This document shows, piece after piece, positions 7,854 through 17,182 of a DNA stretch of 64,000 nt. Positions within the stretch are counted from its first letter, which is position 1, and every line of letters begins with the position of its first letter. The stretch spans positions 14,118 to 78,117 of the IMG/VR virus record IMGVR_UViG_3300006175_000009; one strand, 5' to 3'. Under the pieces are notes generated by a model. The model was not told the DNA's origin. It searched no databases and saw nothing but the letters and a program-made list of their open reading frames with translations. A program made the translations under genes and the position numbers. The stretch is from a virus.

Positions 7854-8011
7854 GTTCGTAGACAATTCAACGAGGTTCTGGGTGTGAAAAAGGGGTTCAC
7901 CAGACAGGTTCAGATGGTTCAGGTTGCCCCGAACTCTCCGTTCCGATCTTGGTGAACCCCCAGGTCACCGCCGGTTCATGCCCGGCTAGAACCCCCGAAC
8001 TAGCCCTGAAC
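7854..8011. repeat. GAAC/GTTC motif array 1 (intergenic)
   Basis: About 12 GAAC/GTTC copies in 158 bp (hand count). Confidence 0.7.
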
Positions 8012-8310
8012 TACTTAGCCCCGACTGCCTGCCAGATGAGAGCCGCAGTACCTGCCACACCTGCCAGGATGGTCAAGACAGAATGTGGCATACGGCGCTC
8101 TTCCAGCGAGCGGATTCGAGCCTCGAAATCTGGGAGACGCTCGGCAAGCCGGTGACGCTCTAGATCGCGTAGGCGCGGCTCCAGGTCGGACATGCCCGAC
8201 AGGCGGGCCTCGATCCTCTGAAGCGCGTCATGAATAGTGCGAACCTCCGCATATACCTGGCTCAGGTCGATCTGAACGACCGGCTGCTGAGCGCTTTGCT
8301 GGTTAGTCAC
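8011..8310 (-). CDS. Lysis-cassette membrane protein (coiled coil plus C-terminal TM)
   Basis: Repeated E.RlR.LE heptads and a hydrophobic C-terminus; directly after the endolysin. Confidence 0.6.
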   Translation of the reverse strand: MTNQQSAQQPVVQIDLSQVYAEVRTIHDALQRIEARLSGMSDLEPRLRDLERHRLAERLPDFEARIRSLEERRMPHSVLTILAGVAGTAALIWQAVGAK

Positions 8311-8346
8311 GGGTGGCTCTCCTTTAGGTAGTTCGGGGAGTCCCTA

Positions 8347-9351
8347 CTAGGGAGCCATCCATGTCATGAGCCAGGTGATCGGACCAACGATCCCATCGAC
8401 CTGGAGTCCGTGACGCTGCTGGAACTCACGGGTCAGTTCCTGGCAGTGAGGGCCGAAGTAGCCATCGACACCGTTCACAGCCCACGTACGGTCAGTCATC
8501 TTCTGCTGCCAGGTGACAGCCGCAGAATCCTTTCCGTGGTAGGTTCCAGTCCACTGGAGGGTGTGCTGGAAGGCAGGAACGTTGCCGGTCCAGAGCAGCT
8601 TGCGCATGCTGGTCGGGCCAGGGACACCGTCAGCGTCTCCGCCCGAGTAGCCGAGCTTCTGCTGCCACGCCTGGTAGGCTGCGGTGGTGTGGTCGCCCCA
8701 CTGGCCGTCAACGCCCTGAGGGTCACAGCCCTGGTTGGCCAGAAGCTGCTGGGCCTGGGAGACCTGCGCGCCAGAAGCCCCGTAGCCGTAGTCCTGACCG
8801 TCGATGGTCACTCGCTGCCGTGGGAGGGACGGCGCAGGTGTCGGGTCTGGAGTGGGCTGTGGCTGACCGCCCGATGGACGTGGCATGCCAGCCTGAACCC
8901 AGGCGTACAGCTTCTCGCCGGGGCAGTCGGTGTTGAAGCCGTCTCGGTGGCCGTGCTTGGAGAGCGTGCGACCAGTCCGTGAACAGGCGAGGTCGTACAG
9001 GTCATCGCAGGCCGACAGCGCGGCATCCGATGGGTCCTGGTCTCCACCGATGGCGATCTGCACACCGAAGGCGGAACGGTTGTGGTTCGGGCAGTGGGCA
9101 CCCTGGAGGTCCCAGCCGCGACCCTCGAAGACGTTTCCGTCCTGATCGACTACGAAGTGGTAGCCGATTCCAGCCCAGCCGTTCCCCTTGTGCTCAGCGT
9201 CGATGCGCTGAGGAACCTGGTTGCCGGTGATGTTGATGTGGGAGCCTCCGTCGTAGTGGACGTAGAACTCCGTGCGCTCACTCAGGTCAACGTGGTTCGG
9301 AGAGCCATCCCACCCTGTGAAGCCCCAATCGGAGCGGGAGATGATGTTCAT
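8347..9351 (-). CDS. Endolysin: N-acetylmuramoyl-L-alanine amidase (Amidase_2/PGRP-like) with two peptidoglycan-binding domains
   Basis: IISRSDWG, GWAGIGYHF, EGRGW..GAH, GHRD..TDCPG; VDGQWGDHT and VDGIVGPITW. Confidence 0.93.
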   Translation of the reverse strand: MNIISRSDWGFTGWDGSPNHVDLSERTEFYVHYDGGSHINITGNQVPQRIDAEHKGNGWAGIGYHFVVDQDGNVFEGRGWDLQGAHCPNHNRSAFGVQIAIGGDQDPSDAALSACDDLYDLACSRTGRTLSKHGHRDGFNTDCPGEKLYAWVQAGMPRPSGGQPQPTPDPTPAPSLPRQRVTIDGQDYGYGASGAQVSQAQQLLANQGCDPQGVDGQWGDHTTAAYQAWQQKLGYSGGDADGVPGPTSMRKLLWTGNVPAFQHTLQWTGTYHGKDSAAVTWQQKMTDRTWAVNGVDGYFGPHCQELTREFQQRHGLQVDGIVGPITWLMTWMAP

Positions 9352-9456
9352 TGAAACCTCTTTCTCTACGGGTCAAGATTAGACCGTTTTGATAACTGAC
9401 GGTAGTCGGTGGGGGGTGTCAGTTTTCTGCCAGGCAGGCATATGTCGCACTCTTGA

Positions 9457-9825
9457 CTAGATGAGCTTCGCTGGCACGAGGGCGTTGGTGTCGTGGTGGT
9501 AGACAGCGCAGAGGCGGTGGAACCCGTCAGCGATGACCAGCTTGTCGGCACGGATCAGCAGGACGGGGCTCAGGGCCTCGCCCTTCTTGATCTTCTCCAG
9601 ATCCTTGGCCACGTGAGGGTCGGTGGCTGGCAGGACGCGAAGCTCGGAAGCCCGAAGAATGTCCTTCGCCTTCTTCTTGACCGGGTCCACGTTCTCCAGG
9701 GCCTCGATCACCTGGTCAACGGCCTCGTCTGGAATGGCCAGAAGGCCCAGGTAGTCCTTGGCCGCCGGGTAGTCGTGGGCCTCGGGAGCGTCGAGCCACT
9801 TGATCTCGGAGGGGGAGTGTGTCAT
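9457..9825 (-). CDS. ParB/Srx-like N-terminal domain protein
   Basis: LSPVLLI...LVIADGFHRLCAV motif. Confidence 0.6.
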   Translation of the reverse strand: MTHSPSEIKWLDAPEAHDYPAAKDYLGLLAIPDEAVDQVIEALENVDPVKKKAKDILRASELRVLPATDPHVAKDLEKIKKGEALSPVLLIRADKLVIADGFHRLCAVYHHDTNALVPAKLI

Positions 9826-9828
9826 GTC

Positions 9829-10026
9829 CTACTTCCAGTGAGTGAGAGTGAGATAGAGGTTGACCAGCATGGTCAGTGCGCTGACTGCGGAAAGGGTGAA
9901 CTGAAAGGACGTGTGCTTCCGAACCAGTTCCGCTTCCTTGGCGGCCTTGATGGCTTCCTGGGCTTCCCGCCAGGATTCCAGCTTATCCAGCCTGTGTTCC
10001 AGGCTCGTGAGGTCGTCCGCAGCCAT
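9829..10026 (-). CDS. Small membrane protein (holin-like)
   Basis: Coiled coil plus one C-terminal TM; in the lysis region. Confidence 0.45.
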   Translation of the reverse strand: MAADDLTSLEHRLDKLESWREAQEAIKAAKEAELVRKHTSFQFTLSAVSALTMLVNLYLTLTHWK

Positions 10027-10478
10027 TAGTCGATCAGGTGCTTCACGAAGTGCTGACCCTCGAAGTCGGAAGCCGATGCTACGTGAGCGCCTCCGTGCCC
10101 CCGATGGTGGAACTGGCAGAGGAACACAAGGTTTTCGTCAGACTCGATCCAGTGACCCAGTTCGTTTGCGTCTGTGATCTCCGGGTACTGGTGGCGAACC
10201 ATTTCGAGATCGACTTCGTTTTGGAGAGCCCACTCGATGTGCGCGTGGTGCAGCTCCAGCGGCTTGTCCAGGGTGCAGTCGGACATGTCGCCACGGCGCT
10301 TTCCGACAGCGCAGACGTACAGTGAGGGGTCCTTCTTCGCGCGCTTGCGGAAGTGCTCGAACTCCTTGTAGTACGGGTCTTCCTCTCGGGTTCCGTGCTC
10401 AGGGAAGTGCACGTTGTAGTGAGAGGAGTGAGGCTGCTCGTGAGCGGCTGTGACGTGGCCTGGCGTGCTGTTAGTCAT
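10026..10478 (-). CDS. HNH-like protein
   Basis: LELHH...ENLVFLCQFHHRG.GGAH. Confidence 0.55.
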   Translation of the reverse strand: MTNSTPGHVTAAHEQPHSSHYNVHFPEHGTREEDPYYKEFEHFRKRAKKDPSLYVCAVGKRRGDMSDCTLDKPLELHHAHIEWALQNEVDLEMVRHQYPEITDANELGHWIESDENLVFLCQFHHRGHGGAHVASASDFEGQHFVKHLID

Positions 10479-10845
10479 TGGACCCCTTCGAGTATGACGG
10501 GTGGAGCATGATGGACTCGATCCGGTCGAGCTTGTTAGCGATGTACGTCAGAGCCTCATGGTCGGCATCTGCCTTGGCCGTGGACTTGACGTCAAGCTCG
10601 TTCTGGCGTCGCTGGAGAGCGGGGAGTGCCCACCACTGAATCCAGTTGCCGGACAGAACCATCAGGCCAGCCCTGGCCCAAGCTGGCATTGGGAGGATGA
10701 CCAGAGGGGCGATCATGGCTGTGTAGAACATGACTGGAGAGGCCAGAACCTTGTCGGCAACCCAGGACATGAAGCGGTCAGACTTCTCTTCCAGCGAGTG
10801 GAATGGATGCTTGACCGCGTCGTGCGTGCGAAGGAGGTTTGACAT
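10471..10845 (-). CDS. Membrane protein (DUF1003-like, possible holin)
   Basis: Two hydrophobic segments followed by a coiled coil (KADADHEAL). Confidence 0.5.
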   Translation of the reverse strand: MSNLLRTHDAVKHPFHSLEEKSDRFMSWVADKVLASPVMFYTAMIAPLVILPMPAWARAGLMVLSGNWIQWWALPALQRRQNELDVKSTAKADADHEALTYIANKLDRIESIMLHPSYSKGSND

Positions 10846-10865
10846 ATGACTCCAAGTCTAGCGTA

Positions 10866-13412
10866 TTAAGCGATCTGCACCAGCCCGGACGGGAAAGATC
10901 CACCGCCAGCCAGTGTGTTGTACGTCATCTGTGTGATAGGTGCGAAGGTCGGAACGCACTCGGGCGAAAAGAGCATCATGATCGAGTTGATGTAGAGGCT
11001 CTGCCCGCTTGCCAGGCTCTGCACCAGAGGAACGATTCGAGCGAACCTCGCTCCGGCCACAGGGTTGTAGAAAGCGACCTGGTCCTTCCACGTGTTCGCT
11101 GGAATGTTGAAGGTGGTGTAGTTCGAGGTGCTGATGTAGTTGCCGTTGGAATCGTACCAGTCAACGGACAGGTCGATCTGCTGATTTGCCACGGTGCAGT
11201 AGAACTTGCACGCAACCATGTAGAAGAAGGAGTTGAACGATGAGTTCGCATCTCCCACTTCGGAAGCCCAACTTGTGACCACTGGCAGGAATTCGGACTG
11301 AACCTTGCTCTGGGCGGTTCCGGTCGAAAGGATTCGGCCTGATAGACCACTGACTCCGGTTGCCGGAGATGGTGAGGACACCACTGAGAACGTAGCTCCA
11401 CCAATTGGGGTGTAGTACGTGGTTCCGGCCAGGAAGAGCGGGTCGCGGTTCAGTGGCGTCAGGTTGCTCATGGTCCCTTCTGCAACCCCGGTGACCAGGT
11501 TCTTGTAGTTCTTGGTCCAGGTGGTGGCCTTGCTTGCCAGGTGCTGTAGATTTGAGTAGCGATTGAAGTCGTTACCCGGAGAGAGGAGGTAGTCCTCCCA
11601 TGTGTGAACCAGCTTGGAAGGGACTCCCGCTGCGGTGTAGGTCTGGGCACCCTGGCTGAATAGTCCGATGGGGATAGCCACAGGAGTGTTCAACGGGTTG
11701 CCGTTTTGCCCGATGACAGTTACCGAACTCCAGGCTCCGTCCACGTCGTTGTTGTTGAAGTGACGGGTTCGCTGAAGAGCATTGGAAAGGTTCTGAACTC
11801 CATTGGCGAACCCCACCTGAACGTATGAACTTGAGTCCACTCCAGGGCCTACCTGAACCACGATATGGTAGGTAGTACCTGAAACCAGCGAGTAGTTGTA
11901 GTCAGGCAGGGGGACGGAAATACGTGGAACTGGACTGAGGGTTGCCGAGATGATGGTTCCGGAGTTCGGGGCCATTCGAAACAACTGCCACTGGCCGGAG
12001 TTTCCGGTCTGGAATGCAGCCCAAGGCGCGACAATTGCCTCAGTCCAGCGGAACATTTCCCACTGCGGGGCGAAGTCTCCATTGGCGGCAGTAAGAACCT
12101 GACAGAAGCTGGTGTTTCCAGAGCCACCTGAGCTGACTAGGCCCCCCATAAGGGCAATGCAGGAGTCGGTGACGACAAAGCTCGACTGACCGCCGCCCTG
12201 GGCAACTACACCGATTGGGAGGGTAGGGCCCTTCTGCCAGGTTCCGATGATGTTTCCGGTCACCGGGTCTAGGTTGGCGATCCAGACGTTGGTGACACCA
12301 GCTCCACCACCGCCACCAGTGATGCTTGTAGCGCCTCCGGCGTAGATCAGGAAGTTGCCCAGAACGGCCATGTAGCCACCCCAGGTAGCAACCGGCACAG
12401 TCGGACCGCTGTTCCAGGAACTGATCTGCCCGTTGGACGGAGTGGTGTAGTAGACGTTCGAGTTGACGTTACCCGCCGTGTCCACGCCACCCGCGATATA
12501 GACCGTGTTCGTAACGGGGTTGACCGCCGACACGGAGTAGTTCATCACGGAGGGAAGGGACGCCTGAGCCGACCAGGACCCGATGACACCCGTCAGGTTG
12601 GACCAGGAGGCCGTGTAGACGGTGTTCAGGGCGCTGGAGTTGGTCCGTCCACCCATGTAGACCACCGTGTTGCTAGTGGCCGCCAGAGCGCCTCCGTAGG
12701 ACGCTGAAGGGATGGCTGGCATGGCGATGGCTCCACCCATGGTGGTTCCACCGAGGTACTGAGCTACAGCGGTTGTGGTGGTCGGGTTACCGCCTGAGTC
12801 CTGTCCGCCAGCCATGAGGAAGAAGTTGCCGCTGTAGGTGGATGAGCTGAAGCCTGATGAAGACGAACCGGAGGTCGATGAAGGGCCAACCCAGTTCGAA
12901 GAAGTGGCTCCACCAGCCAGTGCCATGGTGTTGAACATCGGGTGCGCCAGGGGTCCGCCCTGAGAAAGGCCGTACTGCGCACCGAGGTTGGCCAGCCAGT
13001 TGGCAGGAATGAGAGTCTGGGCAAGTGGGGCCGCGACGTTAGGTGATGTTCCTCCGCCGTTGTCTGTGCACAGGCTGACCTTGACTGGCGCACCGTTGTT
13101 GATGGCCAGCAAGGGAAGCGTTACCCGAAAGACAGTTCCCGTGAAGCCACTGGGGAGAACGAACGGCTGGGTGTAGTCCAGGGTCGCCTTGTTGGTTACC
13201 CAGGTGAAGTTGGTTCCGCCGGTCACAGGGGTTGTCGGAGCCACGGGATCGCCGATGTAGCACGGCACGTTCGTGTGAGTGCCGAGGAACTGGTTGATGT
13301 GGTCAGACTTGTTCGTCCCGGTCACGTCGGTGGTTCCGGTCGGGCGAACTAGGCCATTGTGGGCTGCCTGCCAGTACGGAGGGTTGTTGGGCGATCCCGA
13401 GATGTAAGTCAT
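10866..13412 (-). CDS. Minor tail / receptor-binding protein with Kelch-like repeats and a C-terminal CBM-like domain
   Basis: Repeated ..Y.AGG...W..GP.LP motifs; C-terminal WYDSNGNYIST...PANTW...PVAGARFARI. Confidence 0.7.
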   Translation of the reverse strand: MTYISGSPNNPPYWQAAHNGLVRPTGTTDVTGTNKSDHINQFLGTHTNVPCYIGDPVAPTTPVTGGTNFTWVTNKATLDYTQPFVLPSGFTGTVFRVTLPLLAINNGAPVKVSLCTDNGGGTSPNVAAPLAQTLIPANWLANLGAQYGLSQGGPLAHPMFNTMALAGGATSSNWVGPSSTSGSSSSGFSSSTYSGNFFLMAGGQDSGGNPTTTTAVAQYLGGTTMGGAIAMPAIPSASYGGALAATSNTVVYMGGRTNSSALNTVYTASWSNLTGVIGSWSAQASLPSVMNYSVSAVNPVTNTVYIAGGVDTAGNVNSNVYYTTPSNGQISSWNSGPTVPVATWGGYMAVLGNFLIYAGGATSITGGGGGAGVTNVWIANLDPVTGNIIGTWQKGPTLPIGVVAQGGGQSSFVVTDSCIALMGGLVSSGGSGNTSFCQVLTAANGDFAPQWEMFRWTEAIVAPWAAFQTGNSGQWQLFRMAPNSGTIISATLSPVPRISVPLPDYNYSLVSGTTYHIVVQVGPGVDSSSYVQVGFANGVQNLSNALQRTRHFNNNDVDGAWSSVTVIGQNGNPLNTPVAIPIGLFSQGAQTYTAAGVPSKLVHTWEDYLLSPGNDFNRYSNLQHLASKATTWTKNYKNLVTGVAEGTMSNLTPLNRDPLFLAGTTYYTPIGGATFSVVSSPSPATGVSGLSGRILSTGTAQSKVQSEFLPVVTSWASEVGDANSSFNSFFYMVACKFYCTVANQQIDLSVDWYDSNGNYISTSNYTTFNIPANTWKDQVAFYNPVAGARFARIVPLVQSLASGQSLYINSIMMLFSPECVPTFAPITQMTYNTLAGGGSFPSGLVQIA

Positions 13413-13900
13413 TAGTTGTGAATCCTGATGGCTGTGATCTTGGTGGAGGTGTTGTTGATCGTTAGGTTTGCACCTGTGACCTGGTACGGATACATCTCGA
13501 AGTAGTCGGAGGTCCCATTGAAGAAGGACACTCCAGAGCAGTTCATGACGCTGTGGTAGTACGAATCCGTGATGGTAGGCAATGCCTGAGCAGCAAAGGC
13601 ACCTGCGGCTCCCAGGTTACCATTCTTCTTCAGGTCAACGTCACGTCCGGAGTTGTTGCTTGTCTGAAAGTCTAGCTGCCCGATTACCAGGTAGTAACCA
13701 GCGAGACGGGGAGTGATCCTGGTCGGAGTTCCAGCAGACCACATGCCATAGGGATCGACGTTTGGTGCAGGCCAAGTCAGAGGCGTGTTGACATAACCCG
13801 ATGGCCAGCTAACGGCGGAGCCCAGGACGATCTGGATGAAGGGCTGAGATGCCAGCGTGTCGATCTGGGTCGAGTGGATCAGCTCAAGCGGAGAAGGCAT
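13412..13900 (-). CDS. Minor tail protein, C1q/TNF-like paralog 3
   Basis: True start MPSPLELIH at a TAATG overlap; PTRITPRLAGYYLVIGQ, FFNGTSDYFEM. Confidence 0.7.
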   Translation of the reverse strand: MPSPLELIHSTQIDTLASQPFIQIVLGSAVSWPSGYVNTPLTWPAPNVDPYGMWSAGTPTRITPRLAGYYLVIGQLDFQTSNNSGRDVDLKKNGNLGAAGAFAAQALPTITDSYYHSVMNCSGVSFFNGTSDYFEMYPYQVTGANLTINNTSTKITAIRIHN

Positions 13901-14415
13901 TAGACGTGCACCTTTACGAGGTTCAGAGAAGTTCGTCCCGCGTCGATGGTGGTGTTGGCTCCAGAGAACTGCCAGCCATAGACCTCCATGTAGTCGTTGA
14001 CTCCGTCGAAGAAGCCAATTCCACTCATGGTCATGGTGAAGATGAAGGCGTTGTCGGTGAACGGCGAGATGGTGTTCTGGACGAAAGTGCTCACGCCGCC
14101 GTTGCCTGCTCCGGTTCCACCACCATTCTTGTTCAGGTTGATGATCCGGGAGCCTGATGCAGCTCCGGTGTCGGCCCAGTCGATAACGCAAGTCGCCAGG
14201 TAGTAACCAGCCACTGGGGGCTTGATTCGAGTCGGTGAGCCCGAGGACCACATTCCATAGGGGTCGAAAGGTGCGGAGTCCCAGGGGAGAGGCTGATTCG
14301 GGCTGACGAACCCTGTGGTGAAGGTGTGGCTGGCCGTCGTGATGACGCGGCACATCGGAGGTGCGGACAGCACGTCGATCTGGGTCTGGTGGAAGAGTTC
14401 CATCGTGGAAGCCAT
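13900..14415 (-). CDS. Minor tail protein, C1q/TNF-like paralog 2
   Basis: Start MASTMELFH at a TAATG overlap; PTRIKPPVAGYYL, FFDGVNDYMEV. Confidence 0.7.
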   Translation of the reverse strand: MASTMELFHQTQIDVLSAPPMCRVITTASHTFTTGFVSPNQPLPWDSAPFDPYGMWSSGSPTRIKPPVAGYYLATCVIDWADTGAASGSRIINLNKNGGGTGAGNGGVSTFVQNTISPFTDNAFIFTMTMSGIGFFDGVNDYMEVYGWQFSGANTTIDAGRTSLNLVKVHV

Positions 14416-14918
14416 TAGACGTGAATCCTCAGGATAGAAATCTTGGTCTGGGGGGCATTCAGGTTCAGGTTGCTGCCTGTGCCCTGATAGACGGCTAGCT
14501 GGACGAAGTCTGTTGTGCCGTTGAAGAAATCCACTCCAGAGCAATTTACGACGTTGTCATAGTTGTTGTCGCTTGCAGGCGCTCCGACCACCTGTCCGAT
14601 GGTCTGAGTTCCCGCACCGCCGTTCTTGGAGATGTTCAGGATTCGAGATCCTGTGGCGTTCTGAGCGAAGGCGACCTGGCCGATGACCAGATAGTAACCG
14701 GAAATCTGTGGCGTGTACTTGGTCGGGTCCAGTGAGGACCAACCGTTATAGGAGTCGAGATCTGGTGTCGGCCAGGAGACCTTCGGAACGGATGAAATCG
14801 GGGTCGAGGAAGTCACGCTCGCCACGGACTGGGTTGATGCCAGCTTGGCCAAGAACATGGGCTCGGAGATCAGGAGGTCAATCTGAGCGTGATTGATGAA
14901 TTCCAGGGTGGCTACCAA
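14415..14918 (-). CDS. Minor tail protein, C1q/TNF-like paralog 1
   Basis: PTKYTPQISGYYLVIGQ, FFNGTTDFVQL. Confidence 0.7.
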   Translation of the reverse strand: MVATLEFINHAQIDLLISEPMFLAKLASTQSVASVTSSTPISSVPKVSWPTPDLDSYNGWSSLDPTKYTPQISGYYLVIGQVAFAQNATGSRILNISKNGGAGTQTIGQVVGAPASDNNYDNVVNCSGVDFFNGTTDFVQLAVYQGTGSNLNLNAPQTKISILRIHV

Positions 14919-14927
14919 CTCAACTCC

Positions 14928-15755
14928 TTAGGTGACGATGGTGAGAACTCCAGCAGAAGTGCTGACGTTGTTTCGGTAGGACTGGACATAGCTCATGATT
15001 CCAGCCTGCCCGGCCGTATATTCGTAGACAGACGTGATGAAGTTGTTGACGGGGGCAGTTCCGGAAGTCTTACGGAACTGAACCGTCCAACGCTGACCTC
15101 CGTCTTCCCAGGTTCCCACGATGGATGACCCAAGGTTCTGGACGGAAAGAGGAACCTGATCGTAGATGGCATACGCCAGACCGAATGCCTGAGCAGTCCA
15201 CGTGGTTCCGTTGGAAGAGGTCGAGCAAACTCCTCCAGAAGTGGTGGTCGCCTGGACGATTCGGTAGTTGACTCCATCGTTGGGTCCTGGAGTCGTCACA
15301 ACCCAGTACTTGGTAGAAGGTGTCAGTCCGGTAACGGGGATCGGAATCAGAAGCGGATAAGGGGCCTGAAAGACAAACTCTCGGGTCAGGGTGGTGAGAA
15401 CCAGTGGAGAAGTGATGACCGGGGAGTTCGACCCCGAATCCGGATACAGGCCAACGGTGATCGGTAGCGAGGTTGTTGGGCTTCCAGGGTTCGAGCAGAT
15501 CATGTTCAGCGAGATGTAGCCAACCGTGGTCTGAGTCGAAGTGGTGGTGAACGGAATGCCGACATACAGGTTCGTGCACGTCTGGTTAGTCGTGGTAACA
15601 GTGGCTGCGGACGACTGGGCTCGGATGTTCGCCTGGTAGAGAATGGACGCCTGGTGCCCACCCATGAACTGGTTCACCTGGCCAGCGAAGAGGGCTGAAC
15701 CCGCGTTGGCTCCAACCCAATCGGGCGTCTGCGGAACGATGAAATTTCCGGGCAT
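14928..15755 (-). CDS. Minor tail protein
   Basis: Thr/Ser-rich beta protein; paralogous to 15756..16616. Confidence 0.65.
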   Translation of the reverse strand: MPGNFIVPQTPDWVGANAGSALFAGQVNQFMGGHQASILYQANIRAQSSAATVTTTNQTCTNLYVGIPFTTTSTQTTVGYISLNMICSNPGSPTTSLPITVGLYPDSGSNSPVITSPLVLTTLTREFVFQAPYPLLIPIPVTGLTPSTKYWVVTTPGPNDGVNYRIVQATTTSGGVCSTSSNGTTWTAQAFGLAYAIYDQVPLSVQNLGSSIVGTWEDGGQRWTVQFRKTSGTAPVNNFITSVYEYTAGQAGIMSYVQSYRNNVSTSAGVLTIVT

Positions 15756-16616
15756 CTAGAGCACCTGAGTCTGGAAGGAGTTCTGGGAAAGACTGATCGA
15801 CCTGATGGTCTGGACGTACGTCCTGTTGTTGGAAATCTGTCCAGGCCAGTACTCGTAGTAGCTCGATGCGATGGAACCAATGGCTCCGTTGCGATAGAAG
15901 AGCATGTAGGGGGAATTGTCCCCACCGCCATCGAGAGCAACCCAGGCCAGAAGACCTGTGACGTCGCTGGTGAAGAACTGGACGTACATTCCACCGGTCT
16001 GGTTCGTCCAGGTGGAACCGGAGTTGGTCGAGGTGGAGTAGTACTGGTTGACGTCGGCTGTGGTCTGGTACTGCCAGAAGTAGTTCTCGGTTCCGGAACT
16101 TGTCCTGGTTCCGCTGATGACTACCCAGTAGAACTGCCCGGACACAACGGAAGTCGAAGGGATGCTGACTGGAACCATGAGGGTCAGTGGAGTCGCGTAC
16201 AGGTACTCCTGGGTCATGGTCATCTTGGGAGACTGGGGCGTGATCGGTGCTCCAGGCTTCCCGGCGACGTCGGTCCAAATCTGCACGCTTACCGGGTCTA
16301 GCGAGCCATCAGGGTAAGTACCGAGACCAAAGTTGGTCAGGATGTACCCGATGGACGACCCGTTGGACTGAAAGCGCTGAGCAACCCATAGGCCAGTGGT
16401 ACCGCCAGTGAATGACAAGGTGTTGGTGGGGTTGGCGTTGATCGTGGTCGGACCGATCCCCTGGTAGTACGGGATCATTCCATGGGTGAGCAGGAGCTGG
16501 TTGGCGTGAGCAGCCAGAGCAGGCTGGGCAGTTCCACCACTTGTCAGCAGTGGTGTGTTGACGTTCCAGCCGTTTCCGGTGGCCGACTGGTAGTTCGCGT
16601 TGTTGACATTTGGCAT
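15756..16616 (-). CDS. Minor tail protein
   Basis: Position in the tail-tip operon; paralogous to 14928..15755. Confidence 0.65.
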   Translation of the reverse strand: MPNVNNANYQSATGNGWNVNTPLLTSGGTAQPALAAHANQLLLTHGMIPYYQGIGPTTINANPTNTLSFTGGTTGLWVAQRFQSNGSSIGYILTNFGLGTYPDGSLDPVSVQIWTDVAGKPGAPITPQSPKMTMTQEYLYATPLTLMVPVSIPSTSVVSGQFYWVVISGTRTSSGTENYFWQYQTTADVNQYYSTSTNSGSTWTNQTGGMYVQFFTSDVTGLLAWVALDGGGDNSPYMLFYRNGAIGSIASSYYEYWPGQISNNRTYVQTIRSISLSQNSFQTQVL

Positions 16617-17182
16617 TACTGCCCCAGGAGGTTGAACGTGGCCTGAAGGATCAGGGTGTTCGGGTTGGTGACGGTCACGGTCGGGGTGAAGACCCAGTGG
16701 TCCAGGAGGATGCCAGCGGTCTGCACGTTGGCGTTGCTGGAAGTGCCATTGGCGAAGACTCCCGCCTCACCTACCGTGTAGCTTGTGGCTGGAGTTGGGA
16801 AGTAGAACGTCCAAGTGGCCTGAGAAGCGATCGTAGGGGTGGCTGGAGCGCTTGAACCGGCCCCTACGGTCACTCGTGCCAGTTCGGCCCCCAGAAGGAC
16901 GTCAGCGGCCGTTGCAGCCGTTGTGGACGACCCGATAGCCCCCCAGAGCGGGGTCAGGTAGTACGAGGTGGTGACGCCCAGGTTCGCGGCCTGGTCCTGG
17001 ATGCCGGAGTACACCAGCGCGTTGGCAATGGCTGTCATGCCTGCCGTACACATGGTGTTCTTGCCATGTCGCTCGTCCACGACATTTCCGTCAGGATCAA
17101 CGACGTAGACGGACAGGCGTCCCTCGAAACCGATGAAGGCGTCTAGCCCCACGTCACCATTCCCCACTGTCCCATGTCCCAC
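16616..17182 (-). CDS. Minor tail protein (tail-fibre/collar attachment type); start uncertain
   Basis: KNTMCTAG, AIGSSTTAA..AD..LGAELARV and VGEAGVFA motifs. Confidence 0.65.
   Translation of the reverse strand: MGHGTVGNGDVGLDAFIGFEGRLSVYVVDPDGNVVDERHGKNTMCTAGMTAIANALVYSGIQDQAANLGVTTSYYLTPLWGAIGSSTTAATAADVLLGAELARVTVGAGSSAPATPTIASQATWTFYFPTPATSYTVGEAGVFANGTSSNANVQTAGILLDHWVFTPTVTVTNPNTLILQATFNLLGQ

Noticed and set aside
13412-14544. ORF-track N-terminal extensions of 13412..14353 and 13900..14544
   Set aside because: They overlap real paralogs in another frame; the true starts are at TAATG overlaps (13900 and 14415).
13412-14918. Diversity-generating retroelement or invertible tail cassette
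   Set aside because: No reverse transcriptase or invertase, and the paralogs are diverged throughout rather than differing only at adenines.
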